The position numbers were made by a program, and so were the translations under genes. From Cyanobacteria bacterium P01_A01_bin.123 (GTDB taxonomy: Bacteria; Cyanobacteriota; Cyanobacteriia; Phormidesmidales; Phormidesmidaceae), in the NCBI GenBank assembly GCA_039815185.1, contig JBCBZT010000033.1, positions 1-64,000 on the forward strand: a stretch of DNA of 64,000 nucleotides. The letters run 5' to 3'. Positions 46,680 to 55,536 of the stretch are shown piece after piece. Within the stretch, counting starts at the first letter, position 1. The number at the start of each line of letters is the position of its first letter. The notes beneath the pieces were generated by a model, which was given only the letters and a program-made list of their open reading frames with translations, had not been told where the DNA came from and did no database searches.

Positions 46680-48686
46680 CTAATTCTCCTTGGCTTTTAA
46701 GCCGGGGATGGGCAGACAGAAAATCAGATACGGCACCCATTTGAAGATGATGTCCAGCAGCAGCACGAAGATAATCAGCAAGATCAAGGCACAGATAGTG
46801 ATGATGGGAATGGATAGGGTGCAAATCTTGCCAATGTCGATACCGCTGCTGTCGCACTTGGCCCCACTGGTATTGAGCTTTTTGTTGAAGGGCCAGGGCA
46901 GCACGGATAACACCAGGTCGCCAAAGGTCAGCGATCGCGCCTTTTCGATCTGACAGCTGAGGGAATCGGAAATCACGAACGAAGTATTTTTGGCGAATTT
47001 GCGCAAGCCCGCCGGGGACGTATCCACAGGCATAGGAATGCGGATAGGTCGTGCCGGGGCATCGGGGTCGAAGTAGGACGCCATTTGGAATCGCTGGGTG
47101 GGTTCGCTGACGACCGCCGGATGCAGACTGGGCGGACAGTGGGGGCGCTCAAAGACACAACGAATCACAAACCCGTTGTTGGCCACATCCGAGGTTTTGG
47201 CCGAGAACGAAATGGCTTGGGCCAGGGGCGTCTGAGGAATGGGGCGCGTGGCGGTTGCGGCTTCGGCAGCCAGGGCCAACCGGATCAAACCCGGAGCCGT
47301 CAGTTCCCGCGTATCGGGGTCGTGGGTGTCGTCGAGGGCATCCAGTTCGGCACGCAATCCCCGCCCGCAGAGCAAAAACACCGACTCGGGCCAGTCTTGG
47401 GCCGAGGGGATGTTGGTCGAGTCGTAGGCAACGGTGGTTTGTTCAAGGTACCCGCGTTTTTCCTCCGCATCCCGCAAGGCTCGTGTCAGCCGGATGGACG
47501 TCACCCCAGGAGCGGCCTGCTGACCCACCAGCAATTCGTAATAATCGTTGAGCCCCCCCAGCTCAAACTCGGTTTCATCCGCGGGGCGAAAGCGGATGTC
47601 GTCCAGCGCGTTGTAAAGATTCCGCTGGGCCGAGGGTAGGGAACTGACAGTAACCTCACCGTTGATCACCCGCCACAGCTGGGGCAGATAGGTCTGCAGG
47701 AAGCTGGCAAAATCTAGCAGCACGTACCAGCTACTGAGTTGTAGCTGATCTCGTTGCGCGATGACGGTTTGCTGTAACGCCTGCCGATCGCCGTCATCCC
47801 CGTCCGCGTTGATGTCGTTGAAGCTCGTTTGAACCGTTCGCGTAAACGGCCCCAGTTCCCGCCCCGGAGGAGCTGCACTATTGGTGGGATCTTCGCCCAC
47901 AGGACGCCGCAATTCTCGCCAGGGAGCGGCCACATCCAAATTGAAGAGGGTGACCAGCTGATCGAGTCGATCCTCTAGGCTGTTGGCGGCGGTCGCCGTC
48001 GCGTCGGCCTCGGGGACGGATTGGCGGGGCGCATTTAGCAACCGTTCCCGTTCCCCCACAGGAACCAACCCGGCAAAGCTGCGGCGACGATAGTCCCCGG
48101 CCTCGCTGTAGGTGACGGGAAACATGGGGAATGTGGCTTCGCCAGGGAGCAACTGCTTGTCGATATCGCCCACGGGCTGCCAGCGATCGCCTACCAAGGC
48201 ATGTTCCTTTACCTGATTGTCGGCAGCATCCTCCAGATAGCGGCGCAGCACAAAGGACACCTGCTCATCGTTGTTGGTCTTGAGAGTGCGATCGGGCAGC
48301 CCCGGCACGCGACACACCAGGTTAGCGGTGACCAGGTAGTACCGTTCGTGGGCGGGCTGGTAGAGCCTTAGTGGCTCACTGTCTGACTCAGCCGTCTCAG
48401 TGGCGGCGGCTGGGAAAGCCGAGGGGAGCGGCGGCAGGGGGGGGATGGGAGCGGGCTGACGCCAGGTTTCCGGCTGCACCTGCCATTCTCCCAACCGTTC
48501 AGGAGCTTGGGTCGCCACCGTCAGAAAATCGTCCATAAAGTTGTCGCTTGTGAATCGCAACAGGGCCGGACGCAGCAGGGTGGCATTATCCGTGGGCTCG
48601 GCAAAGCGCCATAGGGGAGCCGCCGTGCGCCACTGCACAGGATGATCGGGGGTTAACGCCGGACGGGTACGGGGGAGGACTACCAT
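46680..48686 (-). CDS. eCIS-associated protein with C-terminal transmembrane helix
   Basis: LYQPAHERYYLVTANLVCR, YFDPDAPARPIRIPMP, hydrophobic end ICTLSIPIITICALILLIIFVLLLDIIF; start overlaps the spike stop. Confidence 0.8.
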   Translation of the reverse strand: MVVLPRTRPALTPDHPVQWRTAAPLWRFAEPTDNATLLRPALLRFTSDNFMDDFLTVATQAPERLGEWQVQPETWRQPAPIPPLPPLPSAFPAAATETAESDSEPLRLYQPAHERYYLVTANLVCRVPGLPDRTLKTNNDEQVSFVLRRYLEDAADNQVKEHALVGDRWQPVGDIDKQLLPGEATFPMFPVTYSEAGDYRRRSFAGLVPVGERERLLNAPRQSVPEADATATAANSLEDRLDQLVTLFNLDVAAPWRELRRPVGEDPTNSAAPPGRELGPFTRTVQTSFNDINADGDDGDRQALQQTVIAQRDQLQLSSWYVLLDFASFLQTYLPQLWRVINGEVTVSSLPSAQRNLYNALDDIRFRPADETEFELGGLNDYYELLVGQQAAPGVTSIRLTRALRDAEEKRGYLEQTTVAYDSTNIPSAQDWPESVFLLCGRGLRAELDALDDTHDPDTRELTAPGLIRLALAAEAATATRPIPQTPLAQAISFSAKTSDVANNGFVIRCVFERPHCPPSLHPAVVSEPTQRFQMASYFDPDAPARPIRIPMPVDTSPAGLRKFAKNTSFVISDSLSCQIEKARSLTFGDLVLSVLPWPFNKKLNTSGAKCDSSGIDIGKICTLSIPIITICALILLIIFVLLLDIIFKWVPYLIFCLPIPGLKAKEN

Positions 48687-49390
48687 ATGTTTCCAGCTCC
48701 TGGGGTATAGGTGGCACTGACGGTGGTGTTGGTGATATTTGTGTCGGACTTGACCACGCCGCTGAATTTGCTCATCCCGGCATTGACGGACACCAGGCTG
48801 GCGTTGACCTCCATCGTGGTGGTGTTGATGGTGACTTTGCTGCCGTTGCTCACGGTGATGCCGCTGGCGTCGAGGGTGACCTGATTGCCGTTGCTGTCAG
48901 TCATGTCAATGGTGGCGGGGGAGTCGGCACAGACGACTTTTTGGCCGCCAGGGGTTTCGACGATGAACTGCACGCCACCGTCGGTGTCGTCAAAGGTGAC
49001 TCGAATGCCGCTGCGGGAGGTGATGGAGCGGACATTGTTGTTATCGTCCATAGATTCGGGTGGCGTATCGACGCCGTTCCATACCGACCCGACGACAATG
49101 GGCGACCAGGGGCAGCCGCCTTCAAAGGCCAAAATAACCTCGTCATCGGGTTCGGGAATCAACCAGGTGCCGCGATCGCCCCCGGCCATTAGCGTGGCCA
49201 CCCGCGCCCAAATTTCAAAGGGGTCGCCATCGGGATCCGTCGTCCAAGGAAGCCGCACGCGCACCCGCCCCTGTCCATCGGGATCTTGCACATCGGTCAC
49301 GAGCCCGACATAGACGCCGTAGTAGGGTCCCCCGGTGCCGCTGATGGGGGGCGGGGGCATCCAGTTGTGAAGGGGAGGACTGCTAACCAT
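48680..49390 (-). CDS. Spike / baseplate assembly protein V (gp5 OB-fold)
   Basis: YYGVY.GLVTD..DPDGQGRVRV...WAR...PEPDDEV..AFEGG...P...GSVWN. Confidence 0.92.
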   Translation of the reverse strand: MVSSPPLHNWMPPPPISGTGGPYYGVYVGLVTDVQDPDGQGRVRVRLPWTTDPDGDPFEIWARVATLMAGGDRGTWLIPEPDDEVILAFEGGCPWSPIVVGSVWNGVDTPPESMDDNNNVRSITSRSGIRVTFDDTDGGVQFIVETPGGQKVVCADSPATIDMTDSNGNQVTLDASGITVSNGSKVTINTTTMEVNASLVSVNAGMSKFSGVVKSDTNITNTTVSATYTPGAGNIW

Positions 49391-49399
49391 TTCACGCTC

Positions 49400-50497
49400 C
49401 TATGCCCCTAAACCGGGACGCTCAACGACAAACTCGGTGAGGTAACCACCCCCGGGCTGACGACTAAAACTGTGGTGGACTTCGCTGACGGTGTAGAGAC
49501 CACTAAAGAGCGGCCCCAAGCCCTGCAACTCAATCGCCCGCCCTACCCGAATGCGCGCATCCCCACGGGCTTTACCCGTACCCACCACAAACCGACGCGC
49601 CTGTGCCCGAAAACTGGCCTCCGCGATCGCCTGGGTTTCCGTGGCCGTCAACGGCATCTGTTGGGCAATGCGATCGGGGCGATCGCCAAAGGCCCCACTG
49701 ACAATGCTGGCCGCACTGGTCAATCCCGCTAACTCATTGCTCAGGAGGCTGTCATCAGCTTCGTGCTCCAGCCGTTCTTTAGCCTGCACATCCCAGCCAC
49801 TCACCACCACTTGGGTGTACTGATCCGCCGTATCGGCGATGACGCTAAATTCCAGCAGGCCCCGATTCAAGGCCAAGATCAGCTGCTCATCAGATTGCTG
49901 TCGCGCCTGTCGCCCCTGTACATGCAAGGTGTTTCCATCAATCCAAATTTCGGCGGCCAAGCGTCGCGCCCGCAATCGCAGAAAGGCCAGATCACTCTGG
50001 TTTAGCTGGGCAATCACCGCCAGACGGGGCGGTTCCGTCAGGTCAATGTCCGGCTGCAATCCATGGTCGTTAGCAAGCTGCTCAAACACCTCGCCATCAG
50101 TCACATCTTCAAAGGTTCGCGTACGCCGGATTTGCCGTAATGCCTGGGCAGCATCCTCCGCCAGCACCACGATCTGCGGCGGTTCCCCCGCCAAAAATTG
50201 ACCCTCTAAGGCTGTAATGCATCCCTTAAACGCTTCGATGCCTTCATCCCCAGCCCCTAGAGTGACGCGGATCTCCTTGCCAAAGTCGAGCAGATCGCGA
50301 TCGAAGTACAGATAATCGAGACCGTTGCCGCGATCGCCCCAGTTCGTAAATCGCGCTTCACAGTGATACAGCCCCTCAATGGTTTCCGCCACCGTGAGTG
50401 ATACCAGCGCCGGAGTCAAGCGCGGTTGAGGCTCGCCATCAAGGGTGAAAGCGGCTTCAGCGGGAACGATACCAGGGGGAACTCCGAGTTCGATCAT
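49400..50497 (-). CDS. Baseplate hub, phage late control D-like
   Basis: QLNQSDLAFLR..ARR, V.VSGWD..K, G.LFSG.Y.V..V.H. Confidence 0.9.
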   Translation of the reverse strand: MIELGVPPGIVPAEAAFTLDGEPQPRLTPALVSLTVAETIEGLYHCEARFTNWGDRGNGLDYLYFDRDLLDFGKEIRVTLGAGDEGIEAFKGCITALEGQFLAGEPPQIVVLAEDAAQALRQIRRTRTFEDVTDGEVFEQLANDHGLQPDIDLTEPPRLAVIAQLNQSDLAFLRLRARRLAAEIWIDGNTLHVQGRQARQQSDEQLILALNRGLLEFSVIADTADQYTQVVVSGWDVQAKERLEHEADDSLLSNELAGLTSAASIVSGAFGDRPDRIAQQMPLTATETQAIAEASFRAQARRFVVGTGKARGDARIRVGRAIELQGLGPLFSGLYTVSEVHHSFSRQPGGGYLTEFVVERPGLGA

Positions 50498-50651
50498 GGG
50501 AGGGGGGTAAAGGGTAGAAGGGAAAAGGCAGAAGGCAGAAGGAAATTCGTAGGATGTATTCGCGCAGCAACGCGACCAAAAGCAATGTGGAAGTTCTGCT
50601 GCCCTGGCTCCGCTAGGGCACCGAATTAGGGCGGCTCTGCCGCCAATCGCC

Positions 50652-50819
50652 CTAACGCGCGTGGACGCGCAGTTGCCGAGACATCAGCTTACGGGTAACC
50701 CAGTAAATATCCCGAGGCGTCGGGCCAGGGGGCGGCAGGTTCACCGGGTCGCTATTGCGGATTTCCTGACGACTCGGCGGGGGGGCAATGACTTCGATTT
50801 CGTTGATGATGATAGGCAT
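50652..50819 (-). CDS. Small eCIS hypothetical protein (~55 aa), probable frameshift at ~50746-50748
   Basis: MPIIINEIEVIAPPPSRQEIRNSDP joins GEPAAPGPTPRDIYWVTRKLMSRQLRVHAR* if one C is added. Confidence 0.55.
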   Translation of the reverse strand: MPIIINEIEVIAPPPSRQEIRNSDPVNLPPPGPTPRDIYWVTRKLMSRQLRVHAR

Positions 50820-51026
50820 GGCTTATCCGGGTTTGGGAGAACAAGGAGGAGGTTGGGAGAATTCGGAATTCGGAATTTGTCCGTAGGGTATGTTTGGCGG
50901 AGCTAACGCACCGCATCGAAATGCTGGCAAATGCCCCAGGAGATCTCTGGGAGGATGGGTGGGGGTCGGCAAGGTGAACAGGGCGCGATCGCATCCCAAT
51001 CAATCGACAACATTCTCACGGTAGGA

Positions 51027-51887
51027 TTAACCATTGAGACGACCTCCGGCTTGCAGATTGGTGCGCACTCCCCCGATCGCCACTCCCGCACTCGCGCTTG
51101 CACTCGCGCTCGTTCCGACCGAAGTTTTGGCCTTCACATTCAAATTTAGGAGAGTACCGGGAGCGATATGGCGAGGATTTTCAATGCCATTGGCGGCGGC
51201 GACAGCCTTCCAATCCGCCTTGATGCCTGCATTGGCGACCAGGCCCTGCAGGTTGGCTCCCTGGATGGCCGAGGTGAGAGGCGTGGTGCCAGCTTGGCCA
51301 GTGCCGTCGCCCGTTTTGGGTGGTGGGGTGGCTTGGGGACTCTTCCCAAACTTAAAGTGAATCCCTGGCTGACTCAGGTTAATCGTGACGGTGGCCCGCA
51401 GGGGGCGTCCGTCTTCCGACCACAGCTCCAGGGTTTCATCCATGGACACAACAATGCCGTCAAAGACAAACGTGCCCCACTGGAATCGAATGCCCGGAAC
51501 CCGATAGCGCTGTTGTTCCTCAGACTGACCGCCTGATCCAGAGCCCGATTCGGCGGCTTGATCGGTGGTGCTGCCATCGTTTTTTTGGGGAATAGCGTTA
51601 ATGAAATAGGCAACTTCCTGGGTGGTTTTGCGCACGTCTTGGGTATTTTGAGCCCCTTCTCCGGAGACATCAAAGATCAACTCCACCGTTAATTTGGAGT
51701 CCCCTTTGCCCACCGACTGAATGGAGGAGCCATTGTTGCCCCCATTCGTCTGCACCTGGTTAGAGTAGGACACCTTCAACGAAGCGGGATTGAACTGCAC
51801 CGTCATCCGCGGTTTGCTCGCCACCTCTGGGTCTTCTCCCTCGGGCCAGCGAATAATTTCAAACAGCTTGGCTTTTTCTAAGGTCAT
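51027..51887 (-). CDS. Afp7-like tube initiator with LysM-like C-terminus
   Basis: LEKAKL...VQFNP.SL...L.FD...FQWG.F.FDG...DGRPLRA.V...W.AVA.ANGIENPR. Confidence 0.85.
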   Translation of the reverse strand: MTLEKAKLFEIIRWPEGEDPEVASKPRMTVQFNPASLKVSYSNQVQTNGGNNGSSIQSVGKGDSKLTVELIFDVSGEGAQNTQDVRKTTQEVAYFINAIPQKNDGSTTDQAAESGSGSGGQSEEQQRYRVPGIRFQWGTFVFDGIVVSMDETLELWSEDGRPLRATVTINLSQPGIHFKFGKSPQATPPPKTGDGTGQAGTTPLTSAIQGANLQGLVANAGIKADWKAVAAANGIENPRHIAPGTLLNLNVKAKTSVGTSASASASAGVAIGGVRTNLQAGGRLNG

Positions 51888-51902
51888 GGTGACGGCTTCC
51901 CA

Positions 51903-52427
51903 TTACGACAATCCGATGCTGGCCTGGGCGCTAACCCCCACACTGGCCTGCACGTTTAAGCCCAATTGCGGGCTATCAAAGTCCACTTCCATCGCGGCAT
52001 AGACGAGTTGCAGTTCTTCGATCGCAATCCCCCCTTCCTTCGCATTTAACGTCGGCACCCGCAGCTTGATCGGCAGGCAATCCTTCAACTTGAAGGTGAT
52101 TTGCTTTTGTTGGGCCCCATCCAGCATCACCACGCGGCCTTGGCCCCGCAGTCCCCGTTGCTCGGTCTTCATCACCTCGGTGAACCATTTCCACAGACCA
52201 AAGTCTTTGCTCATGCCCCGCTTCAGTGTCAGTTGACTGTAGGACACGGGGCCCGCTAGGTGAATTTGTTCGTTGTTCAACCCGCCCTGATGGAAGGTTT
52301 TCGGCTCCATGGTCATTTCCAGCCCATCACAGTCCTGGAAAGCCGCCTGGCAAAGTTCATCAGCAATCCCATCGACGCTGATCTCCACTAGGAAATTGAA
52401 GGTCGTGAACACGCGACTAGCTACCAA
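51903..52427 (-). CDS. Tail tube protein (T4 gp19-like, Afp1/5)
   Basis: FNFLVEI...AAFQDCDGL...LTLKRG...P.LNA...IAIEEL; TTG start with GGAGG RBS. Confidence 0.92.
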   Translation of the reverse strand: MVASRVFTTFNFLVEISVDGIADELCQAAFQDCDGLEMTMEPKTFHQGGLNNEQIHLAGPVSYSQLTLKRGMSKDFGLWKWFTEVMKTEQRGLRGQGRVVMLDGAQQKQITFKLKDCLPIKLRVPTLNAKEGGIAIEELQLVYAAMEVDFDSPQLGLNVQASVGVSAQASIGLS

Positions 52428-54951
52428 GGGTCTGGACCTCCTGTATGGTCAACTGATCCGTTTCCTGCTGCACCAGGCGGACGGTGATAAACGTGAGCGG
52501 CTGGGCGGGGGCCACCCGCAGCTCCACAATGAGTTGTCCTTGCTCAATGGTGACGGGGGTATTGAGTGTCCCATCCAACACCACTTGAAAGGCCTCGGTC
52601 GGCGACCGACCGGCAAAGGCTCCCCGATCAAACAATCGGCCTAGCAGCCGCTCGAAGCGTTGCTGAATACGGCGGCGAAACGCGGCACTGTGGGGAGCGA
52701 AGACATAGGTGCGCCCCTCCTGCAGGGCCAAGCGTCGGAGCAAAATAAATAAGCGGCGCACATTGAGGTCTTCGAACTCGGGGCCTAGGCTTTGGGTATA
52801 GCTGCCCCAGGCCACAAAGCCTCTCGCGGTCTGCCGAATGGGATTAATGCCCGTGCTGTATAGGGTTTGCTCATCCCGTAGGGCAAAGGTGGGCACGGTG
52901 GCCAGGATATCTTGCAGCCGCTCATTGGCAGGGGCAATCCAGGCTCCTTGGGTGAGACTGAGGGCGGCCATCACACCGGTATTGGCCCCCGTCGGTTCGG
53001 TGTGAATGAGGTCGCTCGAGTCGTCGCGACTAATCAACCAGGGATGGTAAAAGGCGAGATAGCTGTCGGTGGTCTCGCCATCGCGCCGCACCTGACTGAG
53101 GAACTGCTGCTGGTAGTGCAGGACTTCTGGTAATCGGTAATGTTTAGGCAACCCCAACACCGCCACCCGATCGCCCAACGCGGCGGCCATTCTCGCGATC
53201 GCTCGCTGCACTTCCAGTAGTCCCGTCTCGTCGTATTCGAGGGCGGAGAGAAGCTGCCACTGTTCTGTTGGGGTGGGTGGCAGGGGCGGTAGCAGGGACG
53301 GACTGTCCGTTTCAGGGGGCGGCACGCAGGGAATGAACGGTCCCGATTTGGCACAGGGATCCGGTCGTTCTGGCCCGTCATCCGGCGATTCGGGTGTGAC
53401 GCTGACCACCGGCGTGAGTCGCCAGCCGGGATGGGCCACATCGGGGAGCGCTACCAGACTGATCTCCTCCAGCGTAATCAGGCTATGAATCCCGATCAGG
53501 GATTGGCCCTGCAGGTAGAGACGATCGCTGGCTTCATTCAGCAGCGATCGCTGCCCGGTATACCGTAAATAACTATCCAGAAACAGCTCCGGAAGGAAGA
53601 TGGCCCAGTGGCTTCCAGTCAGCGCCCCCAGGTCATCATCCATTGTAGGCACCAGGCCGTCCCGCACCAGCGGGTCGCCGGGAGGAATCTGGGGCGATCG
53701 GGCTGCCGTCATCCGATCCAACCCCAGGGGCAGAATAGTTGTTCCCGTTTCCAGGGCCATGGCTAGGGGAAACCGGGGGGTGGTGACTTCCTGCCAAAGG
53801 GTTGCTGCGGGATGACGGCGGGTGACATCCCGTGGCCCAAAGCGCGGGGCCAGCAACGCCGGATCGGTGGGCAAGTAGCCGATAAAGCGGGGATGGGGAG
53901 CTGCGCCCGCCAGGTTTAATAGAGTAAACCGGGAATTATCTTCAGCTTCGTCTGTGCTCTGGACTGTGAGCGCCAGCTGAATTTGCTGCAAGCGCTCCAG
54001 GGTGAGCGGTCCCGTCGCCAGATCTGCCCCCACGGCCCACACACTGGCGATGTCCAATTCCTGACCGAGAGCAACCTCATCGACCAACAGCCAGAGCGTT
54101 TGGTTTGCCGTCTCCAGTCGGAGCCAGGCCCCCGCTTGGATGGCCAGCGGATCGGTAAGCCGCAACAGAGCCTGCTCTACTACGGTGTCATCCTCATCAG
54201 GAGCCCCCTTCAGCGTGGCCGTCGTGAAAGTCGGCCCGGTCTCAGAGGTTGCGGATACGAGATGAACCGTACCGGTCAGTGGCAGTTGAGTCACCGACAA
54301 CCGATGGAACCAGTGCAAGACATCGGGGGGCACGGTCACGGTGCCCGCAATCGCTCCTATAGTTGGCGGCAATGTGGTATAAGCCCGGTGGCGGCGATCG
54401 CTGAAGTCGAGCTGCAGGATGTCTCCCGGCTGCAAGGACTGATTTTGGGGCAAATTCACCAGAGTCAGCTCAGGGTTGTCTCCCGGCCCGACAATCAGGG
54501 GCTCAAACCCCAGTGCCTTGACAAGCGGTTCCACTCGGGTGATGAGTCTATCGGCCCAACTGCCGGGACAGCGGGCCTGAGCGACAACGGCGTCATAGCG
54601 ACCGTTGGGCATAGTTTGTAACAGTCCCGCTAGGGGGAAAATCGTGGTAGTTGCCACGGGATTGGCGACGCGCACAATCCAGCAACGACGGCCCCCTTGG
54701 GCAAAAAACGCCTTAACTGCTGGCGCCAAACACGCCGTTTGCCACAGTCCCGCCTCACTATCCCAAGCCAAACGATAGAAGCCCCCGAAAATGTTGACAA
54801 AATCGGGATAGCTCTCAACCACGACCGGCACCTGCACCGGTCCCCGCTGGGCAAACCCTACGAAGGCAGCCACATCCATTCGGGGCAGATCCACCGTCGT
54901 CGGTGTCTCGACCCGAAAGGCCATTCCTGGAAATCGGCGGGCGGTTTGCAT
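52417..54951 (-). CDS. Tail sheath protein 2
   Basis: RMDVAAFVG.A.RGP...FFAQGG.RCW.VRV; APANE, GINPIR, LNVRRL, GAFAG; start at MQTARR. Confidence 0.92.
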   Translation of the reverse strand: MQTARRFPGMAFRVETPTTVDLPRMDVAAFVGFAQRGPVQVPVVVESYPDFVNIFGGFYRLAWDSEAGLWQTACLAPAVKAFFAQGGRRCWIVRVANPVATTTIFPLAGLLQTMPNGRYDAVVAQARCPGSWADRLITRVEPLVKALGFEPLIVGPGDNPELTLVNLPQNQSLQPGDILQLDFSDRRHRAYTTLPPTIGAIAGTVTVPPDVLHWFHRLSVTQLPLTGTVHLVSATSETGPTFTTATLKGAPDEDDTVVEQALLRLTDPLAIQAGAWLRLETANQTLWLLVDEVALGQELDIASVWAVGADLATGPLTLERLQQIQLALTVQSTDEAEDNSRFTLLNLAGAAPHPRFIGYLPTDPALLAPRFGPRDVTRRHPAATLWQEVTTPRFPLAMALETGTTILPLGLDRMTAARSPQIPPGDPLVRDGLVPTMDDDLGALTGSHWAIFLPELFLDSYLRYTGQRSLLNEASDRLYLQGQSLIGIHSLITLEEISLVALPDVAHPGWRLTPVVSVTPESPDDGPERPDPCAKSGPFIPCVPPPETDSPSLLPPLPPTPTEQWQLLSALEYDETGLLEVQRAIARMAAALGDRVAVLGLPKHYRLPEVLHYQQQFLSQVRRDGETTDSYLAFYHPWLISRDDSSDLIHTEPTGANTGVMAALSLTQGAWIAPANERLQDILATVPTFALRDEQTLYSTGINPIRQTARGFVAWGSYTQSLGPEFEDLNVRRLFILLRRLALQEGRTYVFAPHSAAFRRRIQQRFERLLGRLFDRGAFAGRSPTEAFQVVLDGTLNTPVTIEQGQLIVELRVAPAQPLTFITVRLVQQETDQLTIQEVQTLGS

Positions 54952-54961
54952 AGCCTCTTCC

Positions 54962-55408
54962 TTACTCGAACTGGATATCTTCGACGGACAGTCCCAATTC
55001 CTCGATCGCCACATCCGTTCCCTTGCCATTCAAAGACGGGCCAGTGTACTTCATCGGCTGAGCACCGAAGAGTTTCCAGGTCAGCGCGATCGCGCTGAGA
55101 TCTTCGGTTTGCAGCTCAATCGTGATATCCCGGCGGGCGTCGACCCCACTGCGGACTTCATCGAGCCATTCGGTTAAATCCAGTGCCCCTAAGACACCCC
55201 GCTTGAGGGAAATGTCAGTGGCCTTGTAGATGCCCGGAATTTTGATCGGGGCATTGCGGACATCATTGCCCGCTCGATATTCCTGCATGGTGATTTCGAC
55301 CCCCAGGCCAGTCACCTCCTGGAAGCCTGCCTTGGGGCCATCGGAACCACCCCCCAAGTCCACCAGGAAGCGGAAAGCACCATAGGGGCGATCGCGCTCA
55401 GTAGCCAT
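54962..55408 (-). CDS. Tail tube protein (T4 gp19-like, Afp1/5)
   Basis: PYGAFRFLV...GFQEVTGL...EYRAGN...KIPG...ISLKRG...VAIEEL. Confidence 0.95.
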   Translation of the reverse strand: MATERDRPYGAFRFLVDLGGGSDGPKAGFQEVTGLGVEITMQEYRAGNDVRNAPIKIPGIYKATDISLKRGVLGALDLTEWLDEVRSGVDARRDITIELQTEDLSAIALTWKLFGAQPMKYTGPSLNGKGTDVAIEELGLSVEDIQFE

Positions 55409-55536
55409 AACACAGTCTCCTTACAGTCAATTCATGAATAGGATTTGACAGTCTAAAAAGGCAGAAGACAGAGGTCGGAAGTCGGAGGTCGGAAGCTAAA
55501 ATCCAAAATTCCACTCCCACACCCACTCCCCTATCC

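Noticed and set aside
50903..51103. 66-aa minus-strand ORF after the Afp7-like gene
   Set aside because: Overlaps the Afp7-like gene end and REP-like repeat; composition is not protein-like
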